DNA of 64,000 nucleotides, from assembly GCA_050575255.1 (NCBI GenBank), contig JBNZDD010013732.1, forward strand, positions 24,426,566 to 24,490,565, read 5' to 3'. The notes beneath the pieces were generated by a model. That model did not search any database, had not been told where the DNA came from, and saw nothing but the letters and a program-made list of their open reading frames with translations. This stretch comes from Harriotta raleighana. Taxonomy: Eukaryota. The first letter of the stretch is position 1. Each line of letters opens with the position of its first letter. Of the stretch, positions 13,223-25,424 are shown in pieces. The translations under genes were made by a program, and so were the position numbers.

Positions 13223-15188
13223 TATCATGATCTTGCATTCCCAAACTTCTTAGCACATCAAAAAATCATAATTACATTTAGATTTGTACTTTCATAAAGT
13301 ACAAAATTATCCATAGGTAGTTAAGTCATTTATCCAAAGAATAACATGGTGTAGATTTGAAAATCAAATGAACCAGAAAAGCAATATTTAGTGTAAATGT
13401 GAAAATTATTTCAAATTTATTTACAGTACGTTTTAAATAATCACACATTTTAGTGATCCATTTGTTCCCGTTATTAAACTGGTATATTTCACATTCATAA
13501 TCAAACAGTGCATACACAACGCAACATATATTACTGCCTTTCATACACCAGACACAGCTGCTTGACAAACAGGGAAGCAGGATATATCCTGAGATGTGAA
13601 TACAATGACAAAAAATAGTGCAAAGCTTTATATTCTAAAAACCCGTTCAAAATTCAGCATATTATTAAACGTTCAACATTGCACACAGACTCATAGTAAC
13701 ATTCCTCTCAATAGACATGAAAAAATATCAGGAAATAGCATAATCATTCCATCATTATCTTCACCTTGTCTGAAATTATTTACAACTTTAAGAAAGCCTC
13801 CGATTTTATAAGTTTTCTGTTCTTCAATTTTACATATTAAAAAGACTAGCAAAGCTACCAAAGTCAGTCACTATTGTAAAAGTTCATTAGCTGTGAATTA
13901 TAGGCATACAACAGTTTAAATATAGGTTTCTATTTGGATTCTAGTTATAGCTACATTGACTGATTCTTAAAAGGCAATTTATTTTAACTGAAGCTCATCT
14001 ACAGAAAACTACTTTAGAGAAAAATCAATTTCTAAGCCTACCACAATCTAAATGAAGTGGCTGCAGAGTGGAAACACATTTGATTCTTTTGCACCAAATC
14101 GGGAACTTTGGGAACATTTATAAACTGAAAGTAGCAGAGTGATCTCCAAGAATAAAATGCAGGAAAGTTAAAATTAAAGTATATTTTGCAATATATACAT
14201 TTTTAGAAGTATTAGATTTTATATAGAAAATGGACTTTGTATTTGCAAAGAAAACATTCATGGTACAGGATCGTACCTGCACACTTCATTGAGGTATTAC
14301 ACTCTCTGTTAGCCCTATTAGAAAAGGTAGCACTTCACTTTAGTGGGGCTGTTTACAAGAATAGGAAGAAGGAAAATAAAAGTTGAATTCAGTGAAATTG
14401 TGGGCTCCTCCCTCATCATGTAGCGACATTAAAAACAATTAGATTTTTTCTGAAATAAAAAAATTACTGAACATTGTTTACTTATGTTTGCATGACAATA
14501 AAAGTAAATGCTCTCATGTCGCAAATGAATCACAAACTGAATACAATTCATTTGCAAGCTCAAGCAAATAATGCAGCCCAATCTAAGTCCAATGCAAAAT
14601 GACCTTGATGTCACTTTCACATCAACACGCAGTGAAAGATCATGCCATTGAATACAATAAGCCTAAATACCACTACAGCTTTGTGTGGTGGGATTCAGGC
14701 AATGTGAGCATTAAAACATTTCTTAGCAACACAAACACAAAAGGATAAAGCAGGATAAGGGTACAGCATTTTCAAATCAGCTAATCACTCTGCAACTAAA
14801 AGGATATTTGCACCTATGCATAATTTTACCATACAATGCTCAAAATGCTGAGTTCTATTCAGCCAAGATCTTGTAGGGAAGCATTTCAACACAAGACAGG
14901 AAGGTAGGAAGAGGATTGATCTGGAGGGATGTCCAAAGCAGTTTTTTCTTGTATATGCGTATAAACAGCATGCAGGCAGTTTCAAGGCGAACTAAAGCCT
15001 GGATAGAGATGTTCTGAAGCAAACTGGTTTTATTTTTAGTTGAATCTCCATTGCATCGTTATAATCATGTCTTGGTAGGCGTGGCATTCAACTGAGGTAT
15101 CCTACTGATTTTGTCATGCTTTCTTTGTAAAGGAATTGCTATTGTAGGGTGCAGGTACTTAGATATGTGGGCATGGGTTAATGGGAGG

Positions 15189-15277
15189 TCATGAAAGATC
15201 TATCAGCTGATCCATAAGCAGAAAAGACCTAGGAAGACTGTTTTCTGAACTCCCACCACGGTTCTTTGAATGACAAC
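15189..15277 (-). CDS. AAK1: AAK1 short terminal exon (exon 17)
   Basis: ttctag|GT, phase 1. Encodes GCHSKNRGGSSENSLPRSFLLMDQLIDLS*, homologous to the human AAK1 end [30 protein letters not shown]. Confidence 0.9.
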
Positions 15278-15891
15278 CTAGAAATGTAAAAAAACATGAC
15301 TTTACTAGGTTATTTTTTTATGCAAGACATACAATTGGAGTTTTGTGAATGTTCTCATATTTTTCCTAATTACAATCACACCACCATAGTGGGAATCATT
15401 ATAATCCAAGATCTGTTAACAGTCAAAGACAGTGGTCAGAGGTGGTGAAAACGCAGAAAAAAAGTAAAAGAAGCTGAACAGCGATACCTAAATGAGATTA
15501 AAAAAAACACAGAATGTCAAAAACTGGAGTGAAAGCAGCATAAATGGGACAGAGAGTGGTATAACTGCAATTAAATTGAGCCAACACCATGGTAAAATAT
15601 AGGACAATGAGTCTGGAACAAGATGCAATACTTTCAGTTCAATTCCAAAACTACAAATCACAACAAGGATAGAAGGATACTATCTTTTCATGAACATGGA
15701 AAATGGGATAACTACATACAGTGATTATACCTCGCAGAGATAAAGTAGCATAGCAATACATAAAGCTTTTTTTTCTCCCTGGAGAACTTTTTTTGTGTTT
15801 TTTCCCATATTATCCAGCAATTCATTTTTTTTTTTACTATGTTCATCAAATGCACCATTAACAAAATAAAAGCAAATCCTCCTCCTCTTAC

Positions 15892-15996
15892 CAGTCTGCT
15901 TAGAAGACACAACAGGGTTAAAAGGGTCAATGTTGCCAGCTGAAGCAGCATGAAGGAGTTTGGGATGTGAAATAGAATCATCCCCAGGAATGTATT
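15892..15996 (-). CDS. AAK1: AAK1 exon 16
   Basis: Strong polypyrimidine tract ctttcag|AA...ACTG|gtaaga, 105 nt, phase 1-1. Encodes EYIPGDDSISHPKLLHAASAGNIDPFNPVVSSKQT (DPF motif). Confidence 0.75.
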
Positions 15997-17774
15997 CTGA
16001 AAGGGTGAAAGAGGAATAGCAGAGGGAAGAACGTTGTGACTCGGGAGAAAGGAGGTTGTAAGCCAATAGAAATAGCAAGATCATTCAGAGCATTCTTGAT
16101 ATTCTTTTTTGTACAATTTGATACACTTCCAAATTCAGTTTCGAAAATCAAGGTAATATATTTGATACTGACAACCCACTGATTGGAACTCCCACCATGT
16201 GCAGCAAGGAAAGTGATAAAGGAGAACAAACCCCCCAATAGACTGCCTGATAAGTTCACAACAACAAGATGCATTACATTTTTGAAAACCTGTGTACAAA
16301 ACTGCAAAAAAGAAAAAAATCCCAACACAGATTATCCAGAGATAAATACAAACAAACAATGCAGCTAACTTTCAAGTAATGACAATAAATAAGCAAATGA
16401 AACAATCGGAATTCAAACTAATTTAAAATGTAGCATTCTACGTATTGCAATGATGAAAGCTTCCCTTAAATTTTGCAACTGAAATATGTTCTGCTTTCCC
16501 AGCTGAAAGCCATGTCTTATTATTGTAGTCATATAACAGTACTATACAATGATGGTCTGCAGCTAACTATAATTAATAGGCTTCCAGTATCTTATGGGGC
16601 TTGATTACTGAAGTGTATTAGAAATTGTTACTGTCTTTTGACAACCTTGCACCCCAAACTAATTAGCACAATCCCGACCATCTGCTATTCTGTTTTATAA
16701 GAGACTAAAATGTATCCTTACCATTTCCAAAACAAACAGATCAACTGTTTACCAGCAAGAAATAAATTTAAAATAAACTTAAATGGTTCAGAAATTTATT
16801 CTTATTATGTTACAACAATGAAACCCACATTTGCAACATTATAGGGAAAGAGAGGGAGAGCGGGACAAATTGGAAAGCTCTTCCAAAGAACCGGCACAGG
16901 CACAATGGGTGAATGGCCTCCTTTTGTACTGTAGGATCCATGACCCATGTGTTATCCTCGATATATCTGAAAACATTCAGATAATGGTCTTTACTATAAT
17001 AACAATAATATTTGCATTGTAGATTTTACAATACTATTTGATAAAAGATTCTTGGTGCACACATTTCAAAAATTATTGATTTCAAAGTGTGATGATTCTT
17101 TCAAACACAGATTGGATAGTTTTCTTCTAGAAAGTAACATTATGGGATACAGTACATAGGTACTTGGGACATAAGTGCATGCGACCACCAGGAAGGTGGA
17201 AGGCGAACTACATGGATCTTATTTTCTTCTAGCATTTCAGATGTAGTTATTATGCATCTTTCCCAAACATTTGAAAATAAATGTGAAATATTTATACTTA
17301 TACTTAACTATTTATTGCCTCCAAACTACACTGCAAATCCTTTTAAGCTCTTTGGAGGTTTTGACATTTGTAGGTGCTTCATCAGACACAAGGATTGTTT
17401 CCCAAAATAAATTGTCTACTTGGAGATATACCAAATGATTAAATCTGTAAATCTAGTTATTCGTCCTAACTTGCTGATCAGACCACGGTGAATGTATATG
17501 GATTAGATATATGTACATGTACCTAGTAAAATAAGAGTCTAGAATTGATGCCTCCAAAATTATGTTTTGAATTGCAAATGGGGTTCAATAAGGCTTCTTA
17601 ATATTTTCTACCAATAGTTTATGTTGTTCGAATAAGTACAGTAATCTTTGTCAAAATGATAATAAATGGAAAAGCACGTGTATTTAAAACATTTTTTCAA
17701 CTTCAATCAACAATGATGTCAAGATTAAAGGAAACCACTAGATACTGATGAATGATGCAAATCCTAATACAAAC

Positions 17775-17891
17775 CTGAGCCAGATGCAAAGGCTGATGCC
17801 ACAAACATGTCAGTTTGTAATGGAGCCTTGCCAGGATGAAATCCTGGCAGAAGATTTTCATTTGACACTTTTTTCAATTCAGTAGTTTTAC
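17775..17891 (-). CDS. AAK1: AAK1 exon 15
   Basis: caacag|GT...TCAG|gtttgt, 117 nt, phase 1-1. Encodes KTTELKKVSNENLLPGFHPGKAPLQTDMFVASAFASGS, similar to the human ESLIPGF...DAF region. Confidence 0.8.
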
Positions 17892-18134
17892 CTGTTGGAG
17901 CAGTTTTAATGGAAGGGATTAGTCATAGTTGTTCACCATTTAGTTGATTTTTTTAAAAAGCTCACAAGAAGGTATCAATCTTTACATAAAAATATCTTAA
18001 TCGTATCATCTTATGAATCTCTGTTGGTAACTTGTGCTTAGACTCAGTACTAAGAGGGAGGACATTATATCACATGCAGCAATTTACAAAGAGCAAAAAC
18101 AACACACTGCCTTGATATTCTGGAGTGTACCCAC

Positions 18135-18292
18135 CATTCCGAAGCTCATCAAACTGTTTATCGAGAAGTTCCTCAGCAGTTAGTTTAGAAAAATTGTCAT
18201 CACCGAAAGGATTCCACGAAGAGAGATCGGGAGGGTTGTAAATGTTTTGCTGTGAAGTTTTGGGAGAACCCACAGGACTTGTGGAAGCTGAC
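18135..18292 (-). CDS. AAK1: AAK1 exon 14
   Basis: 158 nt, phase 2-1. Encodes SASTSPVGSPKTSQQNIYNPPDLSSWNPFGDDNFSKLTAEELLDKQFDELRN. Confidence 0.92.
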
Positions 18293-19134
18293 CTGGGAAA
18301 GAATAACCCCAAAATTAAAGTACCTTATTAAGTAACCTAGCTATCCGACATGAACAAACATTTATCTACACAAGAGATGGTAAACGTTTACTGAGTTCAT
18401 GCTATTCATTCTTGAAAATAAGCAAAGTTGACGTCTTGTAGGGATACTCCAAAGCTTTTTTCTTATGAAAAGTCTATTCATGCTCTAGTAGAAACCTAGT
18501 AAAACTTGGGAGCAATTCCTAACCAAAAACTCTGCCTCAACTTCGACTATAATGAACTCCTGGTGGTCTGTTTTTTTTCTGCTTGTACGTTTCACCCACA
18601 AAATAAAGTCAATTCACTTTACAATATATTCTATGTAGCGCTTTTGAGACGTCTTGAAGGTGATAAGGCACTACATCAAATGCAAATTATTATAAATAGT
18701 TGCCACCTTCGAGGATGGACAATACAGCCTAACAGAACTAAAGAACACAAAATCAATCCTTTAAGCCACTGTAATTAGCCTTAAACTTTGGGCATGTGTG
18801 GAACAGACTTGCCGTCACTGACCTCTAAAGTGCAAAAATATTTTAGCAGTAAAAAAAATGATATTTCATAATAAAATGATAATAAATAGTAGGTATGTAA
18901 CTCATGAATTTAGCAAAACTGTTGCAATGTATCAATGAATTAAAACAATGATTAACTAAATTGCCTTTATACTGCTAAATTACTTCAAAACTTTGAGTTA
19001 TCTAGAAAACATGAAAAGCGCTGTATCAAATGCAAGGATGATAATGAAAACTTGGGAATAAACATGGTCAGAACTTATTCCTGAAATCGATCCCACAGCC
19101 CAGATGTATATGTGTAGTGTTATGATAAACTCAC

Positions 19135-19352
19135 TTTGATTTATGAAGGTTGGCTTCAGCAGCAGCTGCTGCCAGCTGTTGGGAGGAATGACTTGCTGTA
19201 ACTCCAAACAAGCTGCTGAATGTGACATCGCTGAGGATTCTCCGATGACCAGCTCGTTGCACTTTTGGTGAAGATGGTGGGGTTAATTCCAGCAGCGTTA
19301 ATGTTTGTTGAGGTTGCGGTTGAACTTTCTGAGCCTTTTGTTGCATTTGTGC
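19135..19352 (-). CDS. AAK1: AAK1 exon 13
   Basis: 218 nt, phase 0-2. Encodes ...[51 protein letters not shown]. Confidence 0.92.
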
Positions 19353-21504
19353 CTGTAACTAAACAGATGTTAGCAATCATTTACTGGGAGTTATGCATTT
19401 ATCAATTTGTACAACTCTGACCAATCCTAGGGAACAATTAATTTTGAAAAGATTTGAATTCAATGGTTTAATCCTCTATAATAGGATGTTTTTACATTCA
19501 GGTTTTTATAATATATACAGGCATTTATCCTTCGTACTTGCTCAATAGGAATTTTGATCTTTAGAGCATCATGTACAATATAAGATTATTCGTCTGAGAC
19601 TAATCATTGTGTGGGTGTCACTAATGAGTACACTCGCAAGTGTGGCTGCCCTGCATTCACCTTACCAGTCTCTCTGCAGCCTAGTTCTGCATTGGTAAGT
19701 TCTGAGATGTTAACAGCAACCTCAAATTCTAAACTAATATCAGAGTTAAACCTTTACAAAAAATATACTTTGAAAAAAGTAGCACCAATAATAAACCAGA
19801 GAAATGCTGTTTTTCACCAATGTATTGCCCATACTTACTTTACAGTTGTTTTAAGGGTCCCTGCTTCACAAAAAGACTGTTCATCTCATAGAAAAGCAGA
19901 GACTACGCTTAACATTGCTGCTTTGAGATGTTCTAACATGATAAAGTAGAATGAGACAAAATGCAATTTCCTCTTCTAGTAATAAACATAATTGACTGCA
20001 AGTCAGAAGTCCATATTCTTGGGACATTAAGATCCGACTAAATAAGGAATTCTCTTTCAAGAAATTCCAATTTCTACTCTCAGAGGTTTGTGGTGATTTT
20101 CAAAGTAGGACAATGACGAATATATTAGCTCTAATTCTTTTTTTTTTCTGACCACAAGATTTCACCTGGAGAATGGTGAAAGCAATACGTGTACGAGTAA
20201 CCAAGCACACAAGTCTGAGTGTGCAGGGCAGCATTTTTCAATTCCACAGAATATCTGGCAGAATTCACAAGATGGAAAAGTGAATTAAATAAAATGTCTT
20301 TCAGAGACTGATGCAATTTAAAAGTCAGAACTAACTGGCTATAAAATAGCAATCATTAATTCTAAAAAAAACACTACTTTATCCAGACTGGAAATGGAAT
20401 GCTTTTCAAACCAATGTTTACTATAAATTGAAATCTAGTCCCATTCTTCACAGTGATATCAGCGGGTATGTTTAGATTGTGCCTAACCATTGAGAGAAGA
20501 CAAGTAAATGGGACTGAAAGGATTGCTTTACAAGATGTTGAATGATCTTCTTCTGTGCTGTAAATTTCCCAAGTTTCAATACCAATAAAAGGGAAATAGG
20601 CAAATACAGTCAAACGTGTTTAAGCAATGACCTCCATTCAGTAATCACCCTGTTACAACTTTGCAGAAACAGCCCAGACAGATTACACACACACACACAC
20701 ACACCAACAAACCCATACTCAAAGGCAACCTTTATATGAACAGCCATTTTGAACCAGTCACCTGAGATGTTGTTCAGTCAGGTTTGTTTTTGGAGAAAGA
20801 AAAATTTAAAAGGTTATATGGAAAAGGTAGGAATGTGAAGCTAAATGGACATCTTTTTCGGCTATAAGAAGATGGGCTAAGTGGTTTCCTGTACGATTCT
20901 TATTTTAAAGATTCTTATTTTATTAATACTGTATGTGCAGAAAAACTGTATTTGATAGAATAACTGTCGAAAGGTGGTCTAGATGGTAACTATCCAAAAT
21001 AATTTAAAAGATTAAAAATATTAAAAACCTAAATACATCACTGGCAAAATTAAAACAGATGCTAAACAACAAATTCAATTAGGTGTAGGGTTGCAAATTC
21101 CTCCACAAACAGATTTGAGTTTGTTGTAGATATATTGATAGCTTTACCACAGGGGGGAGCTGTTATACAGATTATTAACAACCTTGATAGCACAATTTGA
21201 GTGTACGTAATCTTTAGGTGCTGAGCACAATTCATGTCAGATACAATTAATAATAATAATCCTTCCACTTGATATCTTTTTTTACGTGTGACAGCACTTT
21301 TTCACACAATCGTGTGTGGATAACAATCTGTAATGAAGACAAATGCAAAGTACTGATTGAACCAATATTTGCAATGCTGGGATCATATTTAGTATTTTAT
21401 ATAAAGATGCATATATATATACACACACATATATATACTATATAATATATAGCATATACTTATACAGCATATATATATACCATTACTCAATCAATCATAT
21501 ATAT

Positions 21505-21810
21505 TTGAGATGTCTCAAAGTGCATCACAGAATACACTATAAAGTTAACTGAACGGATATTTTGCGGCAGCCAATTGCATAGAGCAGTGTCCCACAGACA
21601 GTTATGGATTGAAAGACCAGATTATTTATTTATTTGAAGGAATTGTTACCTCCAGAAAAACAAACCACCAATCAACTAACAACTGGGTTCCAAGTTACTT
21701 CTGGGTGAACAGAGGTGTGTGGAGTAAGGAAATGTTTTGCCACATGCAGGAATCAAACCCAGGTCCTCTCGCTTGCGAGGCTATTGCTCTAACTACGAAG
21801 CTACAGAACT
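21505..21810 (-). mobile_element. tRNA-headed SINE
   Basis: tRNA-like head (GTAGCTTCGTAGTTAGAGC...GGTTTGATTCC on -), a GGACACTGCT...ATTGGCTGCCGC core and a CTTTGAGACATCT tail. Same family as 55475-55785. Confidence 0.75.
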
Positions 21811-21984
21811 CGATTTTCCACAGAAACCAAAATAAGATAAGAAATAAGATAATGCTGAGTGAAAGGTTGATGGGAAAAAAACATTAAATAGGGGATGCAC
21901 AAACAGATAGCTTCTGTAGATATCTACCTCTCCCACATTTTGTTTGCATGTAACCAGTGCACATTTTTAAGATAATGATATTAC

Positions 21985-22149
21985 CAGAGCACGTTGCTGC
22001 ATGGCCACCTGCTGCTGAACAGAAGTGTGCTGTGCCATCATTTGCATCTGCTGCATGGCTGCTTGCTGCTGCATGGCGGCCGCATACTGCTGTTGAAGGT
22101 AGTAATTTTGCATCATCTGCTGCTGTGCCTGCTGCATCACATGGTATTG
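21985..22149 (-). CDS. AAK1: AAK1 exon 12 (Gln/Met-rich)
   Basis: aaacag|CAA...CTG|gtaata, 165 nt, phase 0-0. Encodes QYHVMQQAQQQMMQNYYLQQQYAAAMQQQ...QQRAL. Confidence 0.8.
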
Positions 22150-22622
22150 CTGTTTTACAGATCATAATATCAATAAAAATATTTGCTATACATTTTTTGT
22201 GCTCACACAATAAATGCACTATTCATTTAAGAGTAATTATGAATTCACATTTCACTTACAAAAGGTAGCAGTACTTTTGTACAATAACTGGGTTGAAGGT
22301 ATAATGGATCAATTTAGAATACTGTTTCAATGCATGTGCTACAGATATCAGTTGCATTGAAGGTTGCGCTTCTCAAATCAAATCACTATTTGTGGTTAGA
22401 AAACAGAGTGATGTACTTAAAGTCACTGAAGTGTTAGGAAGGAAAAGACAATTTGAAGAGCAAGCTCCAATTGGGTTTATACCTCTCCTTATAAATTACA
22501 ATGGATTAATAAATTAGCAGTGAATGTATGAGAGACGGATCAATTAAATTTACACTGCACATTCACTAGGCATTTGCAACCAGAGAGCAAAAGTCAATTT
22601 TTCAATGAAGTTGGAACATTAC

Positions 22623-22816
22623 CTGTGCTGCCTGAAGCATTTGTTGCTGTTGGTAATATGCCTGTTGTTGGTGCTGCACTAAATACTGCTGCTGAATGAG
22701 CTGCTGTGCTTGTGGCGTTGGCTGTGCCTGAGGTGGTGCCTGGTGTCCATGAAATGGAGCAACCTGGCCACTACTTGCAGATGTAACTCGTGTGCAATCC
22801 AAGGATGAGACACAAT
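22623..22816 (-). CDS. AAK1: AAK1 exon 11 (QPA-rich)
   Basis: ttttag|AT...CAG|gtaatg, 194 nt, phase 1-0. Encodes ...GHQAPPQAQPTPQAQQLIQQQYLVQHQQQAYYQQQQMLQAAQ. Confidence 0.85.
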
Positions 22817-23423
22817 CTAAAAATTTCAATTCATCATTAACCACATTGAATACAGATAATTCAAATTGCACAGTACTCAAAAGAACTAAACACTTTTGCA
22901 AAACTTTCACCATCAACAGGATATCTATAGGTACCGAATCTTCTCAGTCCATTCAAGCTAACTGCTTATCAAACTTCTTAAGCGTTTTTGTTCCTTCCCA
23001 ACTCTCCTCCGCTGCCTTTCGCAACTGGTCATTTATCACACAAAGGCCTGGATAGGTGTTCTGGTTTTCATCAGGTCCAAATAAACATTTTTCAGCAGAT
23101 ATTAATGGATGGAGAGAGGATGAAACACTGGTTAAATTGTCCTTTCCCCAGCCCAGTGATACAGATCATTCAAATAACTTTGCAAATAACTTTGCAAATC
23201 AATTTGCAAATCACAATTTAACCCTATGGTTTCTCTGAATCATTATTCGAAGTTACTGAAGATTTATTTTGCAGCCTCAATGTGACTCAACAACAAATTC
23301 TTGTATATCCTTCAATATTCCTTTATCTTATGGATTTGAATCCTCCATTCACTTTGAAACAAGACAAAACACCATGGCAATACACTGAACAAGTATCTGC
23401 TGAATGATCCATCTTAGTATCTT

Positions 23424-23780
23424 CAACAACAAAATTACACTTGTATAGCGCCTTTCATGTCGGGAGGACGTTCCAGAGCGCTGAACAGTCAGGTTGGGAC
23501 CCGAGAAGGGGGGAAGGGTCGAGGATAGGGGGAGGGAGAAGAGTCAGGGTTGGGGGGGGGGGGCGGGGGGAGCCGAATGTGCGGTCGAAGAGGAATGTCT
23601 TGAGACCAGCCTTGAAAGAGGAAAGGGAAGAAGCAAGGTGGAGGAACTGCGAGATGGAGTTCCAAAGTGTGGGGGCAGAGAGGCTGAAAGGCCGGCCACC
23701 GATGATTGGGCAGTTAGGGCGGTGGACGTGGAGCAGGCCTGAGTCCGCTGAACGGAGAGTGCGGGCGTGCTGATAGGGAG
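23424..23780 (-). mobile_element. L2-type LINE 3' fragment
   Basis: Translates RTLRSADSGLLHVHRPN...GGRPFSLSAPTLWNSI...FKAGLKTFLF (L2 ORF2 C-terminus). Tail is AGGCGCTATACAAGTGTAATTTTG(TTG)n. Confidence 0.85.
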
Positions 23781-24667
23781 ACAACAAAATTTGCAGGATT
23801 TGCAAACTGTGATTTGCAAATTCAAAGTTCTACAATAATTAATCCAATTAAATTATAAGTACAGAGAGGCAGCATGGATTAAGTAGCTATCTAATTCGGA
23901 ACTCTAAAGCTATAATAGGAATAGAGGTGTCTTCAGTTTATTAATGCACGTCTCAATCAAGCAATGTTTATTTGTACCTAAAGAATTTACAACCAATTAA
24001 AAAAAAGAAAACTGAACACAATCTAGTTCTTTTAAAAAGATATTGAAATCACCACATTTTCACACATCAGATTCAGATACGAGTTTCTACATATCAGATT
24101 CATGATTACAGTCTATTGGAGATCCACTATTTTAGGTCTCAAAATACAATACACTTGCTAAGATAATGTTATTGGGTAGCTTCACAAAATCCAGCAGGAG
24201 TTGAAAAATTCGACAAGAAGTTTGTGGAATTTTTGCCTATCATTCATTTCATTACATCTACTGTAGAACCACAGAGGCATTCAGTCTGCAGTGCTGCTTT
24301 CTACTCATGATTTAATTAGATCTATTATAATTGATACCAAAATGGATTGCAATCTTATAGGTAACAGATTCCAGTAACTTTATAGAGTTGCTTGCAATTT
24401 GATCCTAAAGAATCATTTTAAGACAAACCTATTGTAGAACATTAACAATCTAATTTTGACAGTAAGACAGGAAAAAATTACCTTTAAATATTTAATTAGA
24501 TATTGGAAATTAAAGTATTCTAGTTAGAGCTTTAAGCAAAAAAAAAATCAGGATATTAGTACATTACAACAGATATGATGAGCCAAATGGTCTTAATGTG
24601 TTGTAAAGTTCCAAGTTTCCGAATGATAATAATCCTTACATTGGTGTACGACCCTTGTCCCTGAACC

Positions 24668-24843
24668 CAGTTCTGACGAAGGGTGGTGATTGTCCCAGTG
24701 CTTTGGGATGTCCTCCTGAAGTGAAAGGGGCTCTATAAATGTAATTTTGTTGTTGTTGGACCGGAAACATTGACTCATTTTCCTTTCTTCGTAGATTCTG
24801 CCTGACCTGCTGAGTGTTCCCAGCGACTTCTGTTTTTGTTTCA
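24668..24843 (+). mobile_element. Penelope-like terminal repeat with hammerhead motif, interrupted by an L2 tail
   Basis: CAGTTCTGACGAAGGGTGGTG-[L2 tail about 24689-24757]-GGACCGGAAACATTGACTC...CTGCCTGACCTGCTGAG. Confidence 0.7.
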
Positions 24844-25163
24844 TTATAAACCAATCTTGCCTGACCCTACACTGCACTTTTGAAGTATCACTTAAATCCT
24901 TGGGCTATTTTTACTTAAAGTTAATTTCTATTGTAAAAAAAAATCTGAAAGAGTGCAATTTGGAAATATAATTGCATCGACTTAGTGGAATGCTTAATAA
25001 ACATTTCTTAGCAAACTAGTTATGTAGTTATGTTTCTATAGTAATAGCATTTAGCTAACATTTCTACTGAAAATATCTTCCAAGAAATTATAGCTATTTA
25101 AGTAACCAGACATTAAGTCAAAGCAATGAGAATAAAACAATCTATAAAACATTTAAAAACTCA

Positions 25164-25243
25164 AAGGGTCGTGGACCCGAAACGTTGACTCACTTTCCTT
25201 TCTCCATGCCTGACCTGCTGAGTTTTTCCAGTTTTCTGTTTTT
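25164..25243 (+). mobile_element. 5'-truncated Penelope-like terminal repeat
   Basis: AAGGGTCGTGGACCCGAAACGTTGACTCACTTTCCTTTCTCCAT...CCTGACCTGCTGAG. Stem II and GAAACGTT are intact; the CTGACG part is missing. Confidence 0.7.
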
Positions 25244-25424
25244 GGTATAAAACATTTCACTTGCACTCTAATTATATTCAACATGCATTAGTTTTCAACA
25301 TTTCAATCAGCTATTGAGTGCAAATGTGATTCCTGTTAGGATTATCTAGTAAATCAATTGTTGCTCAATTGGAGCCCACTTACTCCAAAAATACAAATGA
25401 TAACCACTTTGCTGAAATTTTTAG

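Noticed and set aside
14042-14348. Two minus-strand AG...GT segments resembling cassette exons
   Set aside because: Both hit stop codons in the phase-1 frame needed to join flanking AAK1 exons.
15978-16359. Hydrophobic and Cys-rich ORFs with a good acceptor near 16302
   Set aside because: No similarity to AAK1 or BMP2K, and the phase-1 reading ends in a premature stop; treated as intron.
17310-17420. Possible extra AAK1 exon (VDNLFWETILVSDEAPTNV...)
   Set aside because: Weak acceptor, no convincing donor before the stop, and no recognisable homology.
23172-23823. TTTGCAAA tandem repeats and a 15-bp inverted match about 600 bp apart
   Set aside because: Short, AT-rich and with no TSD; cannot be told apart from a decayed repeat or chance.
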